From positions 7,594 to 71,593 of the forward strand of contig CAVSQB010000023.1 in the NCBI GenBank assembly GCA_963729895.1: DNA of 64,000 bases. The letters are read 5' to 3'. The notes beneath the pieces were generated by a model. That model did not search any database and was not told the DNA's origin. It saw only the letters and a program-made list of their open reading frames with translations. The first letter of the stretch is position 1; each line of letters starts with the position of its first letter. The stretch is from an uncultured Fibrobacterota bacterium (GTDB lineage: Bacteria > Fibrobacterota > Chitinivibrionia > Chitinivibrionales > FEN-1185). Positions 45,274-53,239 of the stretch are shown here, in pieces. The translations under genes were made by a program, and so were the position numbers.

Positions 45274-46351
45274 TGAAGAGGTTATCGTAGCCGCAGTGCC
45301 CGCAGTGCTTTTTCTGCGCCACGGGGGTCACGGGTTGCCCGCATTGCGGACAGAACTTGGCAAAGGGCGCCAGGTTCTTACCGCACTTTACACACTGGGA
45401 AAACACAAGCAACTGGTGTCCGCAGAACAGGCAGAATTGCGCTTCCGCCGGTATCTGCTGTCCGCAATCAGGACACTTCTGGGTTGTTTGGACCGCCGCT
45501 TCGGACTGCGGCGCAAATTGCCGGGACAGCATGGCCGGCATCATCAGCCCAAACCCCATAGCTACACCTTCGCCGCCGCTGGGGTTCTGAGCGGCTTTTT
45601 CAACGGCCATGGCGGATTTCATTTTCATGAGGTCGTTGAGATTGTTGAAAATGCCGAGTTTGCTCTTGTCGTCTATGGCCTGCTGCACCTCAAGAGGAGG
45701 CGTAATTGCGTTGATGTACAGGCTTGGCAGATCGAGTCCAAAATGCGCAAAGTCTTCCTGCAGCTGTTTCTTAAGGCCTTCTGCGACCTGGTCGTAGGTG
45801 CCGGGCAAGTTGACCATGGTGTCGAGATGTTCACCAAGGTAGTCGTTGAACCTCGAAACAATAATGCTGCTGAAATAATCCGACAGATCTTCCGTTGAGA
45901 AGCCGCCCACGGTTCCCAGCATGGAGTTGATAAACAAGAGCGGTTGAACTATACGCACGTTGAACATTCCGTGGGCGCGCAGACGAATGAGGCCGAGCTG
46001 ACTATCCTTGAACGCAACGGGGTCTTTTGTACCCCATTTCTGGTTTGTGAATGTCTTGACGTTAAGGATGTACACTTCGGCGCGCAACGGGCTTGTAAAC
46101 CCCCACGGGATGCTCATGATTTTGTTGAGGATGGGGATATTGGCGGTTTGCAGGGTATGTCTCCCTGGGCCAAATACGTGGATTGCCTTGCCGTTATAGA
46201 AAAAAACTCCAACCTGGCTCTCGCGGATCACCAATTGCGCCCCGAACTTGATTTCTCCCGACCCTGTTTCGGGAATGCGCTGCATCATGCGATCACCCGT
46301 GGGGTCAAGCCACTCGATGACCTCGAGAAACACAACGTTATTGGTGCCCAT
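45236..46351 (-). CDS. SPFH (stomatin/prohibitin/flotillin)-domain protein with C-terminal triple zinc ribbon (YdjI/COG4260-like)
   Basis: An SPFH-like core (FLEVIEW...GAQLVIRESQVGVFFYNGK) is followed by CPDCG..CLFCG, CVKCG..CPQCG and CGHCG..CNQCG. The start is taken at Met 46351. Confidence 0.7.
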   Translation of the reverse strand: MGTNNVVFLEVIEWLDPTGDRMMQRIPETGSGEIKFGAQLVIRESQVGVFFYNGKAIHVFGPGRHTLQTANIPILNKIMSIPWGFTSPLRAEVYILNVKTFTNQKWGTKDPVAFKDSQLGLIRLRAHGMFNVRIVQPLLFINSMLGTVGGFSTEDLSDYFSSIIVSRFNDYLGEHLDTMVNLPGTYDQVAEGLKKQLQEDFAHFGLDLPSLYINAITPPLEVQQAIDDKSKLGIFNNLNDLMKMKSAMAVEKAAQNPSGGEGVAMGFGLMMPAMLSRQFAPQSEAAVQTTQKCPDCGQQIPAEAQFCLFCGHQLLVFSQCVKCGKNLAPFAKFCPQCGQPVTPVAQKKHCGHCGYDNLFNATFCNQCGERL

Positions 46352-46454
46352 GCCTACTCCTTTTGGGTGCGGCGTGTGCCGCACTCGCAAACGATCTACC
46401 CTTTCTTGGTTCCGTGATTACATGATACGGTAATTACTGGAGAAGTGCAATGGT

Positions 46455-46504
46455 CAAAAGCAAAAGTGAGGTTGCCGTCCGCAGCTTGGCGGAACGGCAA
46501 CCTC
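46455..46504 (-). terminator. Rho-independent terminator after the 46508-47410 gene
   Basis: The stem GAGGTTGCCGT.CGC/GCG..ACGGCAACCTC is followed on the minus strand by ACTTTTGCTTTTG. Confidence 0.6.
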
Positions 46505-46507
46505 GTA

Positions 46508-47410
46508 CTAGTCTGGTCTGTTGATGGACCGCATAAGGAATTTGTGGTTGAGCCACACATAGAATTGGAAAAGAAGGAAGATAAAGATGAGTGCGACAAC
46601 GATCCCGATTATGATAAAAACAGTGCGATGTTTCGCAAAGCCGGAGGGTACTTTTTTGCCGCCCGATGGAGTCTGAACGGCCGAAACCGGCGCAGGGCCT
46701 GGAGCAACCGCGGAGGTGTCCCTTTGCACCGACGCGGCAAGCGTTTCGGCAACGTGTGCCGCCGGGGATGGTCGCTCGGTAAGGAGGGAAATCTTCTCAA
46801 CACCGGGAACGTTGAGTGCCTCCTCGACAAACGCGGACTCGTTTTTCCACTTGTTCGAGTAAAGGCTCTTCTGACCGATGCGGACCAAGAACGGTTCCAT
46901 AGTTTCGTTGGACAATTTGTGGAAACAGTCCCATATATCAATTTTTGCCGCGATCACGCCCCCAAAACGTTTCTTGACAACAATCGGTTCACTCCAGATC
47001 ACGTAGTATCTGCCGTTATCTTCCGCAAACCCGCAGAAGGCTTTCTTGCTCTTTGCGACCGTCGTGTACCATTCCACATCACCAACCTTCCGCTTCACCT
47101 TTCTTTGAGGCACCTCTCCCCGAATGACTTCGTTGAGTACCATTCCTCGAGCATTAACCCGCGCAAGATAAGCAAGGGGTTGATGTTTTTTGAGGGACGT
47201 GACGAACATCCTGTTCACCGGACTCGTCCGAGGATTCCCAAGAGCCCGATTCAAGGCAAGCCTGTCGAAATCCTTCTTCAAGACGGCGAAGTAGTTGTCG
47301 GCCGTTTCCTGTATGGACTCGGAAAAACATGGGACAGCAAGACAAAGAAACAGGGCGACCCCCAGCATTCCTTGAAGCCTCACCGAGCCGGGACCTTCTG
47401 CACGCGGCAT
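46508..47410 (-). CDS. membrane-anchored protein with periplasmic sensor-like (Cache/PAS-like) domain
   Basis: A signal sequence (start possibly the Met at 47368), about 170 aa of mixed alpha/beta domain, a Pro/Ala linker, and a C-terminal TM helix (VFIIIGIVVALIFIFLLF). The domain assignment is tentative. Confidence 0.45.
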   Translation of the reverse strand: MPRAEGPGSVRLQGMLGVALFLCLAVPCFSESIQETADNYFAVLKKDFDRLALNRALGNPRTSPVNRMFVTSLKKHQPLAYLARVNARGMVLNEVIRGEVPQRKVKRKVGDVEWYTTVAKSKKAFCGFAEDNGRYYVIWSEPIVVKKRFGGVIAAKIDIWDCFHKLSNETMEPFLVRIGQKSLYSNKWKNESAFVEEALNVPGVEKISLLTERPSPAAHVAETLAASVQRDTSAVAPGPAPVSAVQTPSGGKKVPSGFAKHRTVFIIIGIVVALIFIFLLFQFYVWLNHKFLMRSINRPD

Positions 47411-47663
47411 GATGCCCTCCTTCTTGGAAAAAGGACTTATTCCTGAATAATAAATAGTAAATGGGGTGAAAAGATGAAAATAACTATTTCAAAACATTTT
47501 TCTGTGGCTGAAGGTGCGAAGTGGAACCGCAGTCTGGCACGGCGACCGGAATGCACCTCAGCGTAACCTCCGGGTTTGGTGACCCGAATGTTACGCCGGG
47601 CAAACACACGACCGGAATTGCCTTACAGCGCCGGTGTTATTTTGATTTTGAGACAAACGGGAA

Positions 47664-48935
47664 TCAAAGGCCGGCTCTTTTCGGCGTTCCCAATTGACCG
47701 GTGGATGTTCCAGGGTAAAGTTGACTTATGAGCGTCTGAGCGGCGCTCCAGTTTCTTCCATAATTATTGTACGCGGGATCCGCGGAAAGGGAATCAAGAA
47801 CAATTGATTTCTTCGCCGTGCCGAGATTCGGCCACTCCTGGTCGTTGCTTCCGCCCGCGAATGCCACCCAATCCATTACCGTGTCTCCACCCGCCCTGGA
47901 ACGAAGGGAAAGCCAGTTTCCGCCCGATGACAGATCGAGCGCAGAGGAAACGGAGCTGAAAACATCCGCCCAGGGCAGGCTTCTCCTGCCGATCACAAAG
48001 AAGGCCTTTGGCCCGATTGAAACAACTCCATATGGGCGGCACGTACCGTCGATTTCTACAAACAGGGAATCGTTGTAGGTTGCACCGGCGGGATTGTAAA
48101 CCTCAACGTATTCCGAATCGTTCGCATTATACATTATCTCCGAAATGATGAGGCGGCCGGTTTCAAAGGCGATTGTGTTCTGGCTGCCTACGCTTCCCGA
48201 CACCACCGTTATTCCCGGCATTTGAGCGGTCACGGAAATAGTCGCACCCGTTGTCACCCTGTAGAAACTGCCGGACACGCTCGTGTCCTGCAAAACGGAA
48301 AAAACAAGCCAGAGTGCGGACCTGTACACAACAGTTCCGGCCGTATCCGTTCCTTCGATTACCAGGGAATCGCTTGTCTTATCGGGCACGTCATCGATAC
48401 TCAAGTAGAGTTTTGTCGACCTGTTTGCGCAAGATGAAAGTCCGTCGAATGAAGCACAAACACTCAAAACGCTGGTGGGTATGTTGGAAAGGTCTATGTA
48501 AATGGATCCCAGGACTGGAACCAACGTGAAATCCAGCGTTTTTACTTCTGAAGGTGAAATGTCGACAACTTGCGGTGTTGTAGTATGAATGACGAGGTTA
48601 TTCTTTGTTTTCGTAAAGACGGTGAACGCCCGTTTTTTTCCGGCAGGAACGTTTTCCACAGACGCGGAAATGTATGGATCGGAAGGACTGAACTTGAATG
48701 AAAGCATCATGGTGTCCATGTCGTTTCCGGTTATCATTACCACGAGGCTGTCCCAGGTTGTTTCCTCAGTCGCCTGCGTCTTTGCCAGGACATTCTGCGT
48801 TTGCGTCTTAGCAAGCGAGGCCCAGATTTCAGCACTTCCGGTTTTGGATTTTGAATAACCGGAGGGGTTGTTGGCGCACGAGGACAAAACCAGTAATGCA
48901 CCTGCCGCGAATCCCGCCACCCATTGCTTCTTCAT
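47664..48935 (-). CDS. lipoprotein with C-terminal lamin-tail domain (LTD)
   Basis: The ATG at 48935 has an AAGGAGAG ribosome-binding site. Lipobox LVLSSC. The LTD signature is LIISEIMYNANDSEYVEVYNP...GNWLSL. Confidence 0.7.
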   Translation of the reverse strand: MKKQWVAGFAAGALLVLSSCANNPSGYSKSKTGSAEIWASLAKTQTQNVLAKTQATEETTWDSLVVMITGNDMDTMMLSFKFSPSDPYISASVENVPAGKKRAFTVFTKTKNNLVIHTTTPQVVDISPSEVKTLDFTLVPVLGSIYIDLSNIPTSVLSVCASFDGLSSCANRSTKLYLSIDDVPDKTSDSLVIEGTDTAGTVVYRSALWLVFSVLQDTSVSGSFYRVTTGATISVTAQMPGITVVSGSVGSQNTIAFETGRLIISEIMYNANDSEYVEVYNPAGATYNDSLFVEIDGTCRPYGVVSIGPKAFFVIGRRSLPWADVFSSVSSALDLSSGGNWLSLRSRAGGDTVMDWVAFAGGSNDQEWPNLGTAKKSIVLDSLSADPAYNNYGRNWSAAQTLISQLYPGTSTGQLGTPKRAGL

Positions 48936-49097
48936 GAAGGACTCTCCTTTGTTATAATGATGGTTTTCCATCGCACGATTTCGGTGGGAGATTGCATATA
49001 ATGTGCCAATGACTAGGTGAAGCTGTAACCTCTTATCGGATAAAACAATTTCTGATAGTCAGCAATTTTACGGCATAAAGCCAGGTCGCAAAACAGG

Positions 49098-49113
49098 TGT
49101 GACGGCCGTCACA
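49098..49113. promoter_or_regulatory. CRP/FNR-family-type operator TGTGACGGCCGTCACA upstream of the LTD gene
   Basis: A perfect 16-nt palindrome matching TGTGA-N6-TCACA, about 170 nt upstream of the 48935 start. Confidence 0.6.
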
Positions 49114-49241
49114 TTTCCAGGCCACAGAAGCATTTCTGCGACAGTACAGTAAGGAAAGGCAAGATTAGATGCTCTAAGAACAGCAGGGGAAAAACCAGAG
49201 CCAAAGCATTAAAATTGTTAGAATGGGCTGATCCGCGGCGG

Positions 49242-50309
49242 CTACGGAAACAAGGCTATCCGTGCCGTCCCGGGACTTCCGTTGGCAGATGATACTCTGA
49301 CCACAAATACTCCACTCGTTCCAAGTGGTTGGTCCAAGACGCAAAGGGCTGTTTTTGAATCTTTCATTCTCCAAAGGAGATTTCGCACAAGCCGGCCGTC
49401 CACCGTGAAGATGCCGATCCCGGTGGGCGGCCATGAACCGGCGGGGCAATCGACAATGACTGCGCGCCTAAAGCCGCCGAGGGCATTTTGAATGACAACC
49501 CTGGAGGATGAGGCCGTCTGAAACATGGGCGCGGAAACGACCGGCTCACCGCTCCCTTCTTTTGAGAGAAGCGTGATTTCCGAATCGGACATTGCGCGAT
49601 TGTAAAGCCTGATATCGTCGATGAGCCCGCAAAAGCACTTTGCGGCCGTAAAAACGTCCGTCCCGAAATAGGTGGTCCTGTTGTTGGTGGACAACTTCGC
49701 ATCCGGGATCGATGCGGTTACCTGCCCGGCAGGCACTCCGTCCACAAAGAACGCAAGAATTGGTTTTTCCCATTCTACGGCCGCACAGTGCCATCCCGTG
49801 TCGTACTCGACAAAGGGCAAGACCAAGAGTTCGGTATCCGTGTTGTTGCTCACGATCGCGACCGCTTCCAGACGGCGGCACGGCTTCCCGAGTGAATCCG
49901 TGCTATTCGCGATAGTGAGCGATACTTCGCGTCTCTCGCCGGTGTTGGACAGCTCGTAGGCGTCCCAGAGGTAGCGCGGATCGGCAGTGATTTTTGAGCA
50001 CGCATCCGCGTCGTACCAGCCGGAAATAACCGCGCTGTCGCGAGGCAGGTTGAAGGAGGACTTGTTCGGAATAAGGATAAAATCGTCCACTCCGTCAAGA
50101 TTGCAGGCCAGCCCGCTCCCATTCCTGCCGGCAACAAAGGGAGTAGGGTTTGTTACAAAAAGTTTGCCGTCATTGAGTGCATGACCCGTAGAGTCGTTGG
50201 CATTGCCGTTGAACGGATACCATGCTGCAAGTCCTGCGGTCGGTACCTGAGCAACCGACACGGCAACGGCAAACATGCAAAAGAGGGAATACTTGATTAC
50301 GTGTCTCAT
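49242..50309 (-). CDS. secreted LamG/concanavalin-A-like lectin-domain protein with C-terminal beta-sandwich sorting-like domain
   Basis: Signal peptide, then a LamG-type motif (FNGNANDSTGH...LDGVDDFI...DDIRLYNRAMS). The C-terminal ~80 aa resemble T9SS-type C-terminal domains (tentative). Confidence 0.6.
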   Translation of the reverse strand: MRHVIKYSLFCMFAVAVSVAQVPTAGLAAWYPFNGNANDSTGHALNDGKLFVTNPTPFVAGRNGSGLACNLDGVDDFILIPNKSSFNLPRDSAVISGWYDADACSKITADPRYLWDAYELSNTGERREVSLTIANSTDSLGKPCRRLEAVAIVSNNTDTELLVLPFVEYDTGWHCAAVEWEKPILAFFVDGVPAGQVTASIPDAKLSTNNRTTYFGTDVFTAAKCFCGLIDDIRLYNRAMSDSEITLLSKEGSGEPVVSAPMFQTASSSRVVIQNALGGFRRAVIVDCPAGSWPPTGIGIFTVDGRLVRNLLWRMKDSKTALCVLDQPLGTSGVFVVRVSSANGSPGTARIALFP

Positions 50310-50344
50310 CTAGGTTCCAAATATAAGAAAACCGGGCTGTTTTT

Positions 50345-50386
50345 TCCTGAAAATAGAAGCAGGGGCAAACCTTGAGGCGCCCCTGC
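50345..50386 (-). terminator. Rho-independent terminator after hcp
   Basis: The stem GCAGGGGC...GCCCCTGC is followed on the minus strand by TTCTATTTTC. Confidence 0.6.
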
Positions 50387-50425
50387 AATCGATCTCGCGA
50401 CCGTGAACCGGTGTGCAGTACTACA

Positions 50426-50926
50426 CTATGCCTTGCCGCCTTCTTTTCCTTCTGCCCACGAATCGGAAGCCTGAAGGTTGCCGTCGAGAAATGTCCAGGT
50501 GATCTTGCGGTACCGCAGGCTCACATCTTCCATGTGCGTATAGCGCTCTTTGGTGGGATCTTTCACATGGGGCATGATTGCCTTGACCGAGCAGACCTTG
50601 ACGCCCTCCAGCTTGTGGTTAAAATATTCCTTTTCGCTGCCGGTGTCATCGATGTTGTACCACTTGAACTCCGCGGTCTTGAAAGTCTCTCCCTCGCACA
50701 CCGCCTTGTACAGGTACGGTGAGGACGCGTCGAAAGCCTTGACAAACGTCAAAGATTCGTGCTTGCGGGTTCCGGTGAGGCGTCCGGTATCCGGATCGGT
50801 GGGAATCCGGACTTCGTGATGGAATTCGAGCACCTCAATGCTGCCCTCGCGGTGGGCAACGTCGACTGAGCCTTTTACGTCGGCCCCTGTTTCATTTTTG
50901 ATCCACAAATATGCTGCAATTGGCAT
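50426..50926 (-). CDS. hcp: type VI secretion tube protein Hcp (TssD)
   Basis: 166 aa. MPIAAYLWIK...GSIEVLEFHHEV...TFVKAFDASSPYLY is the canonical Hcp1-family pattern. Confidence 0.9.
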   Translation of the reverse strand: MPIAAYLWIKNETGADVKGSVDVAHREGSIEVLEFHHEVRIPTDPDTGRLTGTRKHESLTFVKAFDASSPYLYKAVCEGETFKTAEFKWYNIDDTGSEKEYFNHKLEGVKVCSVKAIMPHVKDPTKERYTHMEDVSLRYRKITWTFLDGNLQASDSWAEGKEGGKA

Positions 50927-51012
50927 ACAAGACTCCTTTCACATTGTAAAGTTTAAGCGGTAGTGTACTTTCGGCCACCGAGAAAAATATACAAACACAC
51001 GCGCTGCCCGTT

Positions 51013-51028
51013 TGTGACGTACGTCACA
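51013..51028. promoter_or_regulatory. CRP/FNR-family-type operator TGTGACGTACGTCACA upstream of hcp (core of a 30-nt perfect palindrome, 51006-51035)
   Basis: GCCCGTTTGTGACGTACGTCACAAACGGGC lies about 95 nt upstream of the hcp ATG and 10 nt after the tssC stop. Confidence 0.55.
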
Positions 51029-51044
51029 AACGGGCATTTTTCTT

Positions 51045-52565
51045 TTATTTCCCTTTCGGCATCTGGGACACAAGCGACAGGTTGATGTCGATGCCTTCGA
51101 TTTGGAAATGCGGCATGACCGAGAGGCTTACCCTGAAAAATCCGGGGTTGTCCTCGATTTCATTCACCGTGACTTCCGCGGCCTTGAGCGGATGCGTTGA
51201 AATCAGGTCCGGACCCGGGTCGTTCATTTCGGTGACAAGGCCCTTTATCCATCCGTTGAGTTCGTTCTGGAGCACGACTTTGTTCTTGGTAGACCCGATG
51301 TTCTCCCTCTGGATTACTTTGAGATAGTGTGCAATCCTTGATATAAGGAAAATGTACGGAAGGCGCGAATTGATGCGCATATTCGCGGTTATCATCGGGT
51401 TGTCGTATTCGGCGGGCTTCTGGGTCGAGTTCGCCGAGAAGAAGCAGGCGTAATTCCGGTTCTTGTAGAACGAGAGCGGTATGAATCCTTCCTGGGCAAA
51501 CTCGAATTCCCTGGTCTCGGGAATAAGGATTTCCGTCGGAATCTTCATCTGTTTGCCTTTTCCCACATCGTAAATATGAACAGGCAGGTCTTCCACTTTT
51601 CCGCCGGCCTCGGGTCCGCGAATCTGGACGCACCACCCGTTTTCTACATAGGACCGTACCATGTTGGCGGCAAACGCAAAGGTCGAGTTGCCCCACAGAT
51701 ACTTATCGTGGTCCGTTCCCCTCACGTTCTCGGTGTAGTTGAATTCCTTCACCGGCTGCGTATCCGGGCCGTAGGGAAGGCGAAGCATAAACCGGGGAAG
51801 CATGAGGCCGACGTAACGTGCGTCTTCGGTCTGGCGGAAAGAATTCCATTTGAGAAACTCGGACCGCTCCATGTAGTTATGCAGGTCCTCGATCTTGGTA
51901 AGGTCGTGAATGGTTTCCTTGCCGAAAAATTTCGGGCTCGCAGTTCCCAGAAACGGGCAATGGCATGCCGCGGAAACTTTTGAAACGCTTTGCAGCAGCG
52001 TGATGTCCGATGGGCCGCTGTCGAATTCAAAGTTAGACACAATCGAACCGTACGGCTCGCCGCCGGGCGTATCATATTCGCTCACGTACACATGCTTGTA
52101 AAGACCCGACTGGATGGTTTCCGGCGCGTCTTCGAAGTCCTCGGCGAGGTCGTCCTTTGATACGTCGAGAATATCAAGTTTCGCATTCTTCTTGAAATCG
52201 ATTCGGTCCACAAGGAACTTGAGGCTCCGCCACGAGGCTTCCATCTTCTGAAAATTGGCGTGATGCATGATCTCGTCGAGCTGGAGCGACAGCTTCCTGT
52301 CGATTTCGCCGATGTGATGGTCCAGCATCGCCTTGTCGATCTTGTCGACGTTCTGGGTGGTTGCCGCCACGCCGTCCACAAACACTGCGAGCGCCGCACT
52401 TATGCGCTCGTTGGCGTCACTGTCGGCGAGTACTTCGGTGTTCTTGTACTCCGATATATCAACTTTCTTCTTCGGAATCGAAAGGTTCATTGTCTGATAG
52501 ATGTATTCGAGGCCGTGGGCGTCCTGCGCCTGCTTTCCGGCTGCTTCTTTTTCTTGTTCTGCCAT
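51045..52565 (-). CDS. tssC: type VI secretion contractile sheath large subunit TssC (VipB)
   Basis: 506 aa with DUF877-type sequence throughout (e.g. CHCPFLGTASP, WGNSTFAFAANM, PLSFYKNRNYACFFSA). Confidence 0.9.
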   Translation of the reverse strand: MAEQEKEAAGKQAQDAHGLEYIYQTMNLSIPKKKVDISEYKNTEVLADSDANERISAALAVFVDGVAATTQNVDKIDKAMLDHHIGEIDRKLSLQLDEIMHHANFQKMEASWRSLKFLVDRIDFKKNAKLDILDVSKDDLAEDFEDAPETIQSGLYKHVYVSEYDTPGGEPYGSIVSNFEFDSGPSDITLLQSVSKVSAACHCPFLGTASPKFFGKETIHDLTKIEDLHNYMERSEFLKWNSFRQTEDARYVGLMLPRFMLRLPYGPDTQPVKEFNYTENVRGTDHDKYLWGNSTFAFAANMVRSYVENGWCVQIRGPEAGGKVEDLPVHIYDVGKGKQMKIPTEILIPETREFEFAQEGFIPLSFYKNRNYACFFSANSTQKPAEYDNPMITANMRINSRLPYIFLISRIAHYLKVIQRENIGSTKNKVVLQNELNGWIKGLVTEMNDPGPDLISTHPLKAAEVTVNEIEDNPGFFRVSLSVMPHFQIEGIDINLSLVSQMPKGK

Positions 52566-52619
52566 AAGTGTATACTCCTCGTTTTAGTGTGAACGATTGC
52601 TACGCAAGGAGGCGGCGCC

Positions 52620-53117
52620 TCACTTCTGTTCCTCCGCCACGACCTTCTTGAGCTCCTCCTGCAGGGATTTCATTGCCTCAGGGTTCTTGATGATTTCCTC
52701 AAGGCGCTTGCGGAATTCCCTGTTATCGAGCAGGTTGGATTTCAGGTCCTTAAGCAGATTTCTTGCGGCAAGCAGCTTGGACAGCGCGGGGATGCTCTTG
52801 GCGACGTTTTCCGGTTTGAACGAATCCATGTTTTTCACGTTCAGGTCAACTTTCAGGTCTCCTGTGCCGGTAAGTTTGTTTTCAACATTGTAGTTGAGCT
52901 TCAGGTCCATGCTTTCCATGACCTGGGTGAAGTTTTCCTTGTTGATGCTTATCTTTTCGCGGTCGGAGACCCGATCGCTGTGCTTCTGAAAGGAGAAGTC
53001 GCCGACGACAAGCGTTTTGAGGGGCAATTCGATTTTCTTCTTCGCGTTGCCCTTGCCGACATCAAGCTTAAGGTTAATTCGGGCAGGGGGAATTTCATTT
53101 TGAAAACTGCCGGCCAT
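52620..53117 (-). CDS. tssB: type VI secretion contractile sheath small subunit TssB (VipA)
   Basis: 165 aa. ...PPARINLKLDV...IELPLKTLVVGDFS... is the canonical TssB N-terminus. Confidence 0.9.
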   Translation of the reverse strand: MAGSFQNEIPPARINLKLDVGKGNAKKKIELPLKTLVVGDFSFQKHSDRVSDREKISINKENFTQVMESMDLKLNYNVENKLTGTGDLKVDLNVKNMDSFKPENVAKSIPALSKLLAARNLLKDLKSNLLDNREFRKRLEEIIKNPEAMKSLQEELKKVVAEEQK

Positions 53118-53239
53118 AGGAACCTACCTTTCTGAGAGGTGATTATTACCTGATTCCGTGAGATAAGGTTATTAAAAACAAATTGACGGCGTTGACAAGA
53201 ACGAATATGGTTGCTAAGGCTTCTTGATAAGTTGTTGCC

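Noticed and set aside
46445-47446. 333-aa plus-strand ORF overlapping the 46508-47410 minus-strand gene
   Set aside because: The minus-strand product has a signal peptide, a folded-domain-like sequence, a C-terminal TM helix and a downstream terminator. The plus-strand product is Arg-rich and has no neighbours on that strand.
47500-47640. Nested hairpins (GCGTAAC...GTTACGC enclosing CGGGT...ACCCG; GGTGC...GCACC) between the LTD gene and the sensor-like gene
   Set aside because: They are plausibly just the terminator and spacer of the LTD gene. There is no second copy and no conserved motif to support an ncRNA call.
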